Of a stretch of 64,000 nt of DNA, positions 1-11,989 are shown in pieces. Position numbers and translations under genes: made by a program. The DNA comes from Octopus vulgaris (lineage: Eukaryota), in assembly GCA_951406725.2 (NCBI GenBank), contig OX597819.1, positions 125,178,001-125,242,000 on the forward strand. Direction: 5' to 3'. Numbering within the stretch: position 1 is the stretch's first letter; every line of letters begins with the position of its first letter. The notes under the pieces are model-generated. The model saw nothing but the letters and a program-made list of their open reading frames with translations. It did not search any database and was not told the DNA's origin.

Positions 1-100
1 TACAGAAACATGAACATACCAGCACTGATTATTGGTGATGGGGATCAAACACACACACAGACACACTATGTATGTATGTATGTGTATATATATATATATA

Positions 101-575
101 TAAATACAGTGTACATTTAAACACGTAAGAGGTAGCCATCATAAAAATCGAAGGGAATGAAAAATAAAAAACATTTACCATCTAATTCCTGGACCTCATC
201 CAACCCATGCTAGCATGGAGAACGGACGCTAAATGATGATGATGATGATGATGATATATATTTAGTCTAAGGTGTACCTGCTGAAGAAGGCTTCGCCTAG
301 CAAATTATTTTATTTGCTAAAAAAAAGTCTGACACCATTGGTCCAGGAGTTAGATGGTAAATGTTTTTATTTTTCATTCCCTTTGATTTTTCTCTCTAAT
401 AGTGGTTCGGAATTTAACTGTTCTCTCTAACATGTAGGTAGTCCTATGATGGCTACCTCTAATGTGTTTAAATGTACACTGTATTTATATGAATAATATA
501 TAGTCTGTTGACTAAATTTTTACATGTTAGACCACTAGTAATGGAAATTTCTAATATTTCCGATTACCCTTTGAT
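101..575. mobile_element. Penelope-like element pseudo-LTR remnants in inverted arrangement
   Basis: 101-195 is the reverse complement of 340-487 minus about 55 bp. Carries the hammerhead motif and is flanked by (TA)n. Confidence 0.55.
277..347 (+). ncRNA. Candidate type I hammerhead ribozyme (Penelope-like element type), one core mutation
   Basis: CCTG-CTGAAGA-AGGCTT...AAGTCT-GACA-CCATTGG-TC-CAGG. Stems I, II and III all pair; GAAA is mutated to GACA; GTC cleavage triplet. Confidence 0.7.
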
Positions 576-610
576 AATATTATATATATATATATAAATA
601 TATATATATA

Positions 611-900
611 TCATCATCATCATTTAACGTCCGTCTTCCATGCTAGCATGGGTTGGACGGTTCGACCAGGGTCCGGTAAGCCATGCAGGCTACAACAGGC
701 TCCAGTCTGGTTTGGCAGTGTTTCTACAGCTGGATGCCCTTCCTAACGTCAACCACTCCATGAGTGTAGTGGGTGTTTTTTATGTGCCACCGGCACAGGG
801 GCCAGGGGCACAGAGGCTGGCAAATGGCCACGATCCGTTAGTGTTTTTATGTGTCACTGACACGGACGCCAGTCAGGTAGCGCTGGCATCTGCCACATTC
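611..900 (-). mobile_element. Family A retroelement (SINE-like, (GAT)n tail)
   Basis: Core GGTTGGCGTTAGGAAGGGCATCCAGCTGTAGAAA; tail CCAACCCATGCTAGCATGGAAA..CGGACGTTAAA(GAT)n. Confidence 0.9.
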
Positions 901-919
901 AGTATATATATATATATAT

Positions 920-1085
920 ATGGCAGGTTTCTTTCAGTTTCCGCCTGCTAAATCAACACACAAAGCTTTGGTCAGCCTGAGACATGGTAGGAGACACTTG
1001 CACCAAGGTTCCACACAGTGGGACTGAACCCGGAACCATGTGGTTGGGAAGCAAGCTTCTTACCACAGAGCCATTCTTGTACTTG
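920..1085 (-). mobile_element. SINE family B, 5' half
   Basis: tRNA-like head with A and B boxes. Confidence 0.8.
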
Positions 1086-1313
1086 TTCCATGTAAATTTA
1101 TGTTCAAAACACTAGTTTAATAATTCTTTCTGTTAATACGCACAAGGCCTGAACACTTTAGAGGAGGGTGTTAGTTGATTAAATCAGCTCCCAGTGCACA
1201 ACTGGTACTTATTTCATGAACCTCAAAAGGATGAAAGGCGAAGTCAACCTTGGCAGAATTTGAACTTAGAACGTAAAGATGGACAAAATGCTTAGCAGCA
1301 TTTTGTCTGACTT

Positions 1314-1509
1314 ACTCTTTTACTTGTTTCAGTCTTTTGACTGTGGCCATGCTGGAGCACCGCCTTTAGTCGAGCATATCAACCCCAGGACTGATTCTTT
1401 GTAAGCCTAGTATCAGTCTCTTTTGCTGAACCGCTAAGCTACAGGGACATAAACACACCAGCATCGGTTGTCAAGCGATGTTGGGGGACAAACACAGACA
1501 CACAAACAT

Positions 1510-1540
<31 letters not shown>

Positions 1541-1712
1541 CATATATATGACGGGCTTCTTTCAGTTTCCGATTACCAAATCCACTCACAAGGCTTTGGT
1601 CGGCCCGAGGCTATAGTAGAAGACGCTTGCCCAAGGTGCCATGCAGTGGGACTGAACCAGGAACCATGTGGTTGGTAAGCAAGATACTTACCACACAGCC
1701 ATTTCTGCGCCT
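1314..1712 (-). mobile_element. SINE family B (tRNA head, internal microsatellite, CR1-like tail), nested in an old family C copy
   Basis: A box TGGCTGTGTGG, B box GGTTCAGTCCC, tail GGCGGTGCTCCAGCATGGCC; short TSD CTGACTT. Confidence 0.9.
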
Positions 1713-2084
1713 GACTTGCTAACCATTCTGCCAGCCCTCCACTTTATACTAAGTGCAATAATGACAGCTATTTAGTAAATTCTTTATTATTGTTTAAGTT
1801 AAATGAAACAAAGTAAATGTATTTCAAAAGAAATTTGTTAACATGTCAACCTATTGTATTACGTATCAGGCTGTTTTGAATAAATATAGTGAATGAATTG
1901 TGTGTAGTCTACCCCTACATTATTAAATGGTGCCCAGTACAATGTAGATTTACACATGCACCCATTTTAAAGAAAACAGTGAACTGTTTAATTGTATATC
2001 ACAACTTAAATCTAGGTCTCACTTGCAAAGAAATAAATAAAAGTTCTTTTGTTCTGTCCTTTGTACATCATCATCATCATCCTT

Positions 2085-2313
2085 TAAATTCGAGCGAGGA
2101 CGTTGCCAGTACTGCTAGACTGGCCCCCATGCCGGTGGCACGTAAACAGCACCCGCTACACTCTCGGAGTGGTTGGCGTCAGGAAGGGCATCCAGCTGTA
2201 GAAACTCTGCCAAATCAAGATTGGAGCCTGGTGCAACCATCTGGTTCGCCAGCCCTCAGTCAAAATCGTCCAACCCATGCTAGCATGGAAAGCAAACATT
2301 AAACGATGATGAT
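2085..2313 (+). mobile_element. Family A element
   Basis: Core and tail as above. Confidence 0.9.
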
Positions 2314-3239
2314 GATATATATATATATATGCCTCTATGTGTACATACAAATGTATGTACATGCTTATGCATGTTTGTAGATAATATTTGTGTATGTGTC
2401 CACTGAGGTTGGTTTTGCTTTTCATCCTTTCAGGGTCAATAAATTAAGTACCAGTTGCATACTGGGGTTGATCTAATCGATTGCCCCCCACCCCACCTCC
2501 CAAAAAATTTTGGGCCTTGTGCTTAGAGTAGAATAGAATATTTGTGAGTGTTTGTCTGTGTGTGTTTGTCTGTGTGTGTTTGTCTGTGTGTGTTTGTCCG
2601 TGTGTGTGTGTGTGTTTGCCTGTGTGTGTGTGTGTATTCATACACAAATAAGAGAGATTTGATGTGAGCATTGTACTCGGTTTTGAAATGGTGTGAAATA
2701 AAACCACCAGGTATCCATTCCCCTGTGTACCGGTTGTTACAGTTTTGTTTGGTATTTGACAGTGACAGGTAGGTTGTCAGTTTGACATGTATGAAGAAAA
2801 GCGCACTTGCAGATAACAACAACAACAAATTGCGTGTGTGTGTGCATGTGTCTGCGCTTACAGGTATTCTGCATGTTTGTCTTGCAGCTGCTGCTTTGTT
2901 TTGATGCATTTTTTTCCCTCTTCAAGAAGAAAGCTGTCTAATGTTTACCTTTCTTCATTCCAAAGAAAAAGACGAACCTCCTGGTTTACCATATTCCTGC
3001 TGAGACCAGGTTATATTTAGACTGGATCTAGTGTTGTTCTTTTCTTCTTCATTCACCTGAGATTTCTATTGCAATCTGATAGACTTATTCAACAACCTGT
3101 TCTGTTTTGCTGGTGAGATGTATTATTCTTCATTTCGACGATCATCGTTATGATGATTATGATGATGATGGTCATGGCAATGATAACGATAATGGTGATG
3201 GTAACGACTATTCTCACATTAGTATTGATTGAAATAACT

Positions 3240-3700
3240 GTTACACACACATACACATGCATATACAGTTACAATCACACATACATGCATGCTACACAGA
3301 CTCATATGCATATACAGTTTCAGTCGCACATACATGCATACACGCACCACTTAGGCACATGTACACATACATATACAGTTACAGTTACACATTCATGTAT
3401 GCTACGCAGACTCACACGCATATGCTTACGTGACGCAGGCATGCATACACACACCACTTAGGCACATGTACACATACATACACATATATACACCTCTCAA
3501 GGACACATGCACAGCTGCACACATATCTGCAAACATGCGTAAACATCTACACATAGAGGCATATATACACACACACACACACACACAAGCTACAAATATG
3601 TACACATACATGCAAATACACAGATATGTTTGTGCACAAAACATAATTCACATGTATATAAATAGCTTACAGACATATCTGCACACACACACAATACAGA
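3240..3700. repeat. CA/TA low-complexity region with a tandem duplication of about 110 bp
   Basis: 3261-3370 and 3371-3478 both end CACCACTTAGGCACATGTACACATAC. Confidence 0.75.
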
Positions 3701-3901
3701 TACAAGCTAGCAGAGAAGCATTGACTTGCTAGAAATAGTAGCAGATTTCCCTAAATCTGAGTTAACCTGGAGCTAAACACCAACAACAAAAACATGTGCA
3801 CAAAAAGATCTGTGCACCCCCTCACATACACACACAGACACATGGAGGCACATGGCCTAGTGGTTAGAGCAGACACACACTCTACACAGACATACATACT
3901 T

Positions 3902-4105
3902 AGAGCGGCGAGCTGGCAGAAACGTTAGCATGTCAGGCGAAATGCTTAGCGGTATTTCGTCTGCCGTTACGTTGTGAGTTCAAATTCCGCAAAGGTCGAC
4001 TTTACCTTTCATCCTTTCGCACTGAGGTCGATGTAATCGACTTAATACCTATGTCTGTCCTTGTTTGTCCCTTCTATGTTTAGCCCCTTGTGGGTAATAA
4101 ATAAA
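3902..4105 (+). mobile_element. SINE family C
   Basis: Head GGCGAGCTGGCAGAA, B box GAGTTCAAATTCC, central GTCGACTTTGCCTTTCATCCTTTC domain. Confidence 0.88.
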
Positions 4106-4108
4106 TGA

Positions 4109-4392
4109 GTTAGAGCAGCGGACTTGCGGTCGAGGAATCGCAGGTTCGAATCTCAGGCCGGGCGATGTGTGTGTTTATGAGCGAAACACCTAAGCTCCAC
4201 GCGGCTCCGGCAGAAGGGAATGGTGAACTTCTGCTGACTCTTTTGCCACAACTTTCTCTCACGCTTTCCTCCTGCATCTTGCAGCTCATCTATGACAGAC
4301 CGGCGTCCCGTCCAGGTGGGGAACCTATACGCCAAGGAAACCGGGAAAACGGTCCTTATGTGCCAGGTGTGGCTCGAGAAGGAACAAACAAA
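4109..4392 (+). mobile_element. SINE family D (tRNA-derived), tail type 1
   Basis: tRNA-like GGTTCGAATCTC B box; its A-box head lies displaced at 3843-3872. Confidence 0.8.
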
Positions 4393-4855
4393 ACAGACAC
4401 AGACACACACTCTATACAGACAGACATACTTAGAGAAATGCCTATTTTATACAAGTACTAATCAGAAGCAACATGCATACCGGAAGAAGAAACCAAACCT
4501 AATTTGCATATATGCATGAGTCAATGTAGTGGTATCAAACTGCTAGATATAGCAGCCAAGTATCCCTGAAATCATATTCTACAGTCTTAAAACTGGAGTA
4601 ACATACAGAACATTGTATAACCAGCTTTACAAAAATATGGGATTCTGACAACTGAACTGCCTGCACAGCATGCACATGATATGCAAACATACACATGCAC
4701 ACACAGGCATACAATAAGCAAATGTACAACTGTCATACTACATATGCATATACTCGCATACACCTAATCACAGCATACTCATAGTCACAACATACACATA
4801 GTTACAAACACAGACACTTTCATATAACTTGCAAACATGCATTCCTATATACACA

Positions 4856-5270
4856 TCATCATCATCATTGTCGTTTAACGTCCGCTTTCCATGCTAGCAT
4901 GGGTTGGATGATTTTGACTGAGGGCTGGTGAACCAGATGGCTGCACCAGGCTTCAATCTTGATCTGGCAGAGTTTCTACAGCTGGATGCCCTTCCTAACG
5001 CCAACCACTCTGAGAGTGTAGTGGGTGCTTTTTACATGCCACCGGCATGGGACCAGTCAGGCGGTACTGGCAATGACCTCGCTCGAATCTTTTTACACAT
5101 TCCACAGCCACAGGTGCCAGTAAGGCATTGCTGGTAACGATCACGCTCGAATGGTGGATTTTACGTGCCACCGGCACAGAGGCCAGATAGACGCTCTGGT
5201 AACGATCATGCTCGGATGGTACTCTTAATACCCTACTAGCACAGGGCTCGAGTGCCAGTAAGACATATAC
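4856..5270 (-). mobile_element. Family A element
   Basis: Core, tail and several internal units. Confidence 0.9.
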
Positions 5271-5789
5271 ACATATACACAATATGCAGTGTCAGTACCT
5301 ATTTTTTCTTTCAGCATTTCTCCTTACTCCAACATCTATAGATATCCTATTCCTATTTAACCTTAGTCAATTACTCATAGATCCTCTATCTGTGATTCTG
5401 CTTTACCATTTTAAGTTTCTCCTGCAAGAAAACAAAAAAAAGCATCATGCCATTCTTTTAGTTCATCTTTTAGGTTGGCTTTTTTTTGGGGGGGGGGGTA
5501 TATATTTTTTTCAAAATCTGCCCAAATTTTTTTTCAATATTAAGAAATGTGAAGCATATTTCAAGATGTTCATCTATCTTGTAAACTATATTTGAGACAA
5601 GGTTTTAACTTCTCTGAGCTCTGAATGAATGAACGTGTGTATATAACAAGACATCTAACAGTTGTGTGTGTGTGTGTGTGCGTGTGCAAGCATTAAATTG
5701 CATCTCTTTTCTGTCATAAGTTAACTTAGCAATTCATTCACACTCAGAATGAAATAAACTACCCACATCAGTTGTTGGGATACTACATC

Positions 5790-5985
5790 CTTCAAAACTT
5801 CCATATTTCCTGAAATTCACCAACAGTACACCTGATGCTCCGCTGCTTTTTCTTTTTATTTTTAAGCAACTCATTCACTGTTCACTTCCTGTGCACTATT
5901 TTATGTACTGTTCATGTACTTTTGGCTACTACTTCTGATGGGTTGTAGTGTACCTGAGCACTGTATACAATAAGTTTATTATTTT
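5790..5985 (+). mobile_element. Diverged CR1 (family 2-related) 3' end
   Basis: Ends CCTGAGCACTGTATACAATAA...TTATT like family 2. Confidence 0.55.
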
Positions 5986-5987
5986 AT

Positions 5988-6337
5988 CTAAATCGATCAA
6001 AAATCAATGGAAATTGTAGTTGTGATACCAGTGGCACGTAAAAGAACCATCCGAACATGGCTGTTGCCAGCGCCACCTCCAATGGCCTCCATGCCGGTGG
6101 CACGTAAAAAGCACCAACCGATCGTGGCCGTTGCCAGCTTCGCCTGGCACCTGTGCCGGTGGCAGGTAAAAGCACCCACTACACTTTCGGAGTGGTTGGC
6201 GTTAGGAAAGGCATCCAGCTGTTGAAACTCTGCCAGATCAAGATTGGAGCCTGGTGCAGCTATCTGGTTTGCCGGCCCTCAGTCATACGTCCAACCCATG
6301 CTAGCACGGAAAGCGAACGTTAAACGACAATGATGAT
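5988..6337 (+). mobile_element. Family A element
   Basis: Core, tail, two units. Confidence 0.9.
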
Positions 6338-7217
6338 TATAATTGACTAAACACCTTTGAAGACCATGTGGCAGCATTTCCACAGGCCAAGGACTGAAAC
6401 GAAAAAACTGTGTGTGTGTGTGTGTGTGCATGCACTGTTGTTAGGCTACAGGTCAGTCCTCATCAGGAATTTCAAGTGTGACAATCCTATCACTTTTGTA
6501 TATATGATTCTACAATGTTCCTTTATCTTTAATATTGTAGAGTGTGATTTTGGGGATATTTGGCTGCTCTTTCTAGCAGTGTACATTGACTCATACACAT
6601 AAACAAATTAGGTTAAAAGTAGAAGAGTATTCAGTGTCTTCTCTATGCACACATCTTTGTTTCTGATTACTATTTGTATCAAATAGACATTTTAGGAAAA
6701 TTTCCTGTTGAAATTGGCCCTGATTAATTTGAACTCTTTCTCGCAATTAAAACTCGGAAAGACTCCTGTGACATTAAAGTGGAAGGAGAAAAGTTGAAAC
6801 AATACCCTAACAGCAAGTTCGAGACGGCCCACTTACTTATTGATTGCACAACCTGTTGATTTGACTGCAATATTGTCCGTGTAATTAAAGTGATGTGACA
6901 TAGATTTTCGTGCAAATTCATGTCAGTTCTTTCCCTGTTGTTGGACGCTTAGGTATTTTCTCATGTATTATGTTTCTGAATGTAATTTCAAACTTCCTTG
7001 TGAAATCTTAGAATATGAAACTGTTACTTGGAAAAAAACAAAAGAACCTCTGTGTGTGTGTGTGTGATTTGCTTTGATTTCTTCTTTGGCTAATTAACAC
7101 ATGTTGGTCTATTTACTAATCATTTAAGTTGACTATTTTTTAGAAACTAACTAGGTTAACAGAGCACAACATGGTTAATCCAGTTTTGTGAGAGAGGTAA
7201 TGATGTTATCATCCAAC

Positions 7218-7712
7218 TAAGCTATTGGGAAAGACTCAAGAGATTAAGTCTCTATTCCTTAGAGCGTAGGCAAGAAAGATATGCCATAATATACACCTGG
7301 AAGATCCTGGAAGGACTTGTCCCAAAGTCAAGAGTTACACAAATACTAGAACTGGGTGCCACTGCATAGTGCCAAGGACTCCAAATTTGCCATCAAGATG
7401 TAGGACAAGATACTGTGATAGCCTGGGCTTCAGAGGTCCACAGCTCTTCAATATCCTCCCGAAGCACCTGAGAGACCTGCATGGGGTGGATGCGGATGTC
7501 TTTAAAATAAAGCTGGACCTCTTCCTGTCAGGTGTCCAGATGAACTAACTTCACAGCAGGAGATGCAGATGAGGGCAGCTGCATCAAACTCTCTCATGCA
7601 CCAAATGTCAATTGCTAAAAAGCATTCATGAAGTAAAATCATGTAACAACACCGAATGGCGGTGCCCCAGCATGGCCACAGCTCGTGAGCTGAAACTAGA
7701 TGAAAATGAAAA
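7218..7712 (+). mobile_element. CR1-group LINE 3' fragment (family 1)
   Basis: Decayed ORF2 C-terminus (YSLERR..RYAIIY.WKILEGLVP, GPQLFNILP, LDLFLSGV) plus 3' tail. Confidence 0.88.
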
Positions 7713-8044
7713 AAAAAAAAAATGAACTGCATTACTTGTAACAGTTCTGCCATTATAAGGGGACCTTGATGGAGTCATTTGATCTGCTCCTTCAAATCAT
7801 AGTTTGCTATCTTGAAAAAGGGCATATTGCATGGGACCTTAAAGATGTCTCAGTGAAAAACTAAAAAGATAATATGGTTGCTGTTGAATATCTTTTGATC
7901 ATTAATTTGCTTGATCAAAATTGACCTATATTTTGTCAATAATTAGTAACAATTGACTATTGAACCAATATACATCCCCTCAACTTGCTAGAAGTAACTG
8001 CTAAATATCCTTCAGATCATATATACTGCTGTCTTTAAAAGACT

Positions 8045-8690
8045 ATGAGTTACAAGTTTGTTTATTCCAGTAACATAAAAATCTGGAGCTCTGGAGATGA
8101 TAAACTCTTTGAATACACCTTCAGCATTGGTTTGATTTTTGAACTCCTCTCGCAGGTATTCGGTAGGAGAAAGGGCCGGGGAATAAGCTGGGTGGGGAAG
8201 AACTTGGTAGCAAAGTTCCCTCAACTTCTGGAGCATTATTAGTGAAACATGTGGACAAGCATTGTCATGAAGAATGAGTGGCCCTCTCTTGTTGACCAGT
8301 CTGGGACGGACAAGTAGTAGTTTTTCATTCATTTTGGCAATTTCGTGGCAATATGTTTCTGCAGTAATGGTTTTTCCATAACCTTCTTTTTGAAGAGCTC
8401 AGGTTAAGGAAGGTTTTCGGTGCTTCATTTTTGTCCAACCAGTGCAGAGAACATTTCTTATTATTGCCCAGAATCCACTTTTCTTTTTTCATTGCAAGTT
8501 ACAATACGGTCAAGAAACAGATTGGTCTGGTCATGGAGAAAAAGCGACAAGCAAATTTAATTTCTGCATATTTTCTGATTTTCATTCAAATCATGTGGTA
8601 CCCAATTGCCAAGCTTTTTTGATTTTCTGATTGCATGCAAAATGGTTGCAAGCAGTTTTCTGACAACTTCTAGCAAGTTCTTTTGTCAGT
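8045..8690 (-). mobile_element. Decayed mariner (DD34D) transposase fragment
   Basis: ORF 8012..8332 contains LHDNACPH and LPHPAYSPALSPTEY; frameshifted and internally deleted. Confidence 0.9.
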
Positions 8691-10623
8691 TCTGGATGAA
8701 ATGTTTAGCAGCATTTCAGCTGTCTTTATATTCTAGGTTCAAATTCCACTGAGGTTGACTTTGCCTTTCATCCTTTTGAGGTCGATAAAATAAGTACCAA
8801 TTGAAAACTAGGGTCAATATAATCGACTTATCCTCTCCCCCAAAATTTCTGGCCTTTGAAATCAATAATCAGTATTTATAGTTTTAGTTTGGACAGGCAC
8901 TGCCTACCTTATCTACCATGATACATAACTGCATATATCTGGCAGGAATGGTATAGGTTTGTGAAAATCAGTGTAAAGATCTGGCACTTGTGTTCCTGAA
9001 GGGACAGAATACCATTGATGAACTTAGCTTTTCAGTGAATAGTGACTGATAAAATGAGTTGTATCAAGCTGAGGACTGAGGTGATATAATTGCATGAACC
9101 CATGAGTGTAATGCCCTAGCATGGTTACATTTCAGTGGCAGAAACCGATAATAAAATGTGTGTGTATGTCTCTGAGAGTTGTTGCCTCACAGTTTTGAGC
9201 ATGGCTTTCATATATTTCTAAAGAGCAACTTTGTTCACAATAGATGGCGGGATGTGAAAGTTCCTTAAAGTACATAAGAACAAAAGTATAAAAAAAAAAG
9301 ATAGATTTACTTTGAAATATCTTTTTTTAATGATTTGTGTTTGTAAAAAAAAAAGTATTTGTAAAGAGCATTTAGTATGAAAAGTTGTTTAACCACATTT
9401 CTCTCTTTATTTACCTGACTTCTTTACCTGAAGTAAACCAGACATTACTCCTTATTCACTTAGACATGGTATACTGAAATATTTCCTTTAACAGAATATA
9501 TCTCTATCACCATCTTCAGTCTCTCACTTTCTTTATCTTTTTAAAGTTTGTAACTATACAGATTTATATACATTTATTTTTCATCGGTATGAAATGCAAC
9601 TACAAGTTTTGAAGAGTTAATTTTATTAGCAAAAATTTCTCTATATATATAAGCAAACTCAAAACTGATTTTAATTTGTGTGTGTAATCATCATCCTCCT
9701 AACATTCATTTTTCCATGGTTTCATGGGTCAGACAAAATTTGATGAGGGTAGTTGCCAACATTCACCTGTTTCTAAGTGGGACTGAACCCAGAACCATGT
9801 GGTTCGTAAGCAAGCTACTTACCACACAGCCACTCCTACGCCTATAATATGATACCAATTCAATAAAATTTTAATAGCCTATTAAAAATGGCTATAAACT
9901 GCAGAGTTTTAGATCAGAACACCCACATAAGTTGGATTTTCTCTATTTGAACTGGGATTTTTGCAATTTTTTTTTTCTTCACCACAGCCTTGCATATGAT
10001 GAGGGGAAGCTTTTTATGAAAAGAATTTTTGGAAAATTTATGATTCCCTCCACTACTACGCCCTGTTTTCTACCCTCTGGACTGATTTTGGATAAATTTC
10101 TTGCACTTCGCATTTCAAAATGATGTGAGAAGCTTTTATGGGGGGAGGGGGGATTTGAAAATATTTTCAGATGGAAAAGTGTGTGATTTAAGGGAGATTT
10201 AGTTGTTGTTTCTAGCACATCCCACCACCAACTGCTACCTTTCTCAAAATTGCATGTTGACTTAGATTAAAAAACACAGAATTTGAACACTAATTCCTTG
10301 CTTTAGCATTAAAAACGTCTGCATCTTACAGAAAACTTGTTAGTGGGAGAGAAAGAGAAAAGGCCCAAAATGAATCAGCACTTACTTGTGAAAATGTAAA
10401 TATTACCACAAATTATCTGACTGTATTCAAAATCAGGAAAACAGAATATACCACATCAGACTTTAATAGTTGACAAAATAATATTCATTGTACAGTATGA
10501 TTTTTATTGACAAAATTTGACCAGTATTTCTCAAAGGAAAATGAATTTCCCATGTACAGGAATATCTGCTTGGTAAAATTTAGATGTTGCTTACCACACA
10601 TTAAAACAGCAAGGAAGAATGAA

Positions 10624-11000
10624 CAGGAGTGGCTGTGTGGTAAGTAGCTTGCTTACCAACCACATGGTTCTGGGGTTCAGTCCCACTGCATGGCACCTTG
10701 GGCAAGTGTCTTCTACTATAGCCTTGTGAGTGGATTTGGTAGACGGAAACTGAAAGAAGCCCGTCATATATATGTATATGTGTGTGTGCCAGTGTTTGTT
10801 CCCTCCAACATCACTTGACAACAGATGCTGTTGTGTTTACGTCCCTGTAACTTAGCGGTTTGGCAAAAGAGACCAATAGAATAAGTACTAGGCTTATAAA
10901 GCATAAGTCCTGGGGTCGATTTGCTCGACTAAAGGCGGTGCTCCAGCATGCCCTGCAGTCAAATGACTGAAATAAGTAAAAGAGTAAAAAAAAGAGTAAC
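10624..11000 (+). mobile_element. SINE family B
   Basis: Head, body and tail. Confidence 0.9.
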
Positions 11001-11449
11001 ATTCTCAATATGACAATGCCAAGCTAATTTTAGGCTCTAGAAGACTCATGTAGCTCAATTTAGTGCATTTTTTCATAGAAATATACTTACTTACCAATTA
11101 CTTCATCCATTTCTTGAAATTCTGGCTCAAAATCAATATTTGAAACCTTGGATTCATATTTCGTTCGACCTCTTGCTGTGTGGGAATATGTCAGTTTGAC
11201 AAGCAGCATGAATATGCATTAATCTTGTATGTGCAGCCATAGTAGTACCACTCTCTTTATTCACTTAATGCTTTTACATCATATTGTGGCCACATTTGGC
11301 AACGACTCTATTGAATTTGCAAGAAAATTTTCTTTCTTCTGCTATAAAAATCTTATAGAAAATATGTTCTTTTCTAAGTGCAAATTAATAATAAAATTTT
11401 CACTTTTACATTTCATAATGCTTATCTGGCCTACCCCCATCAATTTTTA

Positions 11450-11736
11450 TATCGCTGATGCCAGCGCCGCCTTGACTGGCTTTTATGCCGGTGGCACGTA
11501 AAAAGCCCCAACCAATTGTGGATGCTGCCAGCCTCCCCTGGCACTTGTGCCGGTGGCACGTAAAAAGCACTCACTACACTCACAGAGTGGTTGGCGTTAG
11601 AAAGGGCATCCAGCTGTAGAAACACTGCCAGATCAGACTGGAACCTGATGCAGCCTTCTGGCTTCCCAGACCCTGGTCAAACCGTCCAACCCGTGCTAGC
11701 ACGGAAAGCGTACGTTAAACGATGATGATGATGATG
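11450..11736 (+). mobile_element. Family A element
   Basis: Core and tail. Confidence 0.9.
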
Positions 11737-11989
11737 AAATAAAGTAAAAAAAAATCTTTTCATGACTGCATAATTTTTAGCATAAATGTTGTTGTAGCAC
11801 ACCAGTGCATTGAACTAGAATGAGGGCTACTACTGTTCAGCAGTCAAAAATAAAAAAAGGAAAAAGGAACAAACTTTGTGAATGGGTGGAAATACCAGGG
11901 TGATTGAAGGACCCTGGCATCATAAGTAAATGTCAGATTTTGATTAAAACTATATGAAAAGAAAGTTCACATCCAGAGCTTTCGAATGA

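Noticed and set aside
640-951. Recurring peptides such as FLQLDALPNANHS and CHRHR in many ORFs
   Set aside because: Incidental translations of family A; frames and stops are not conserved between copies.
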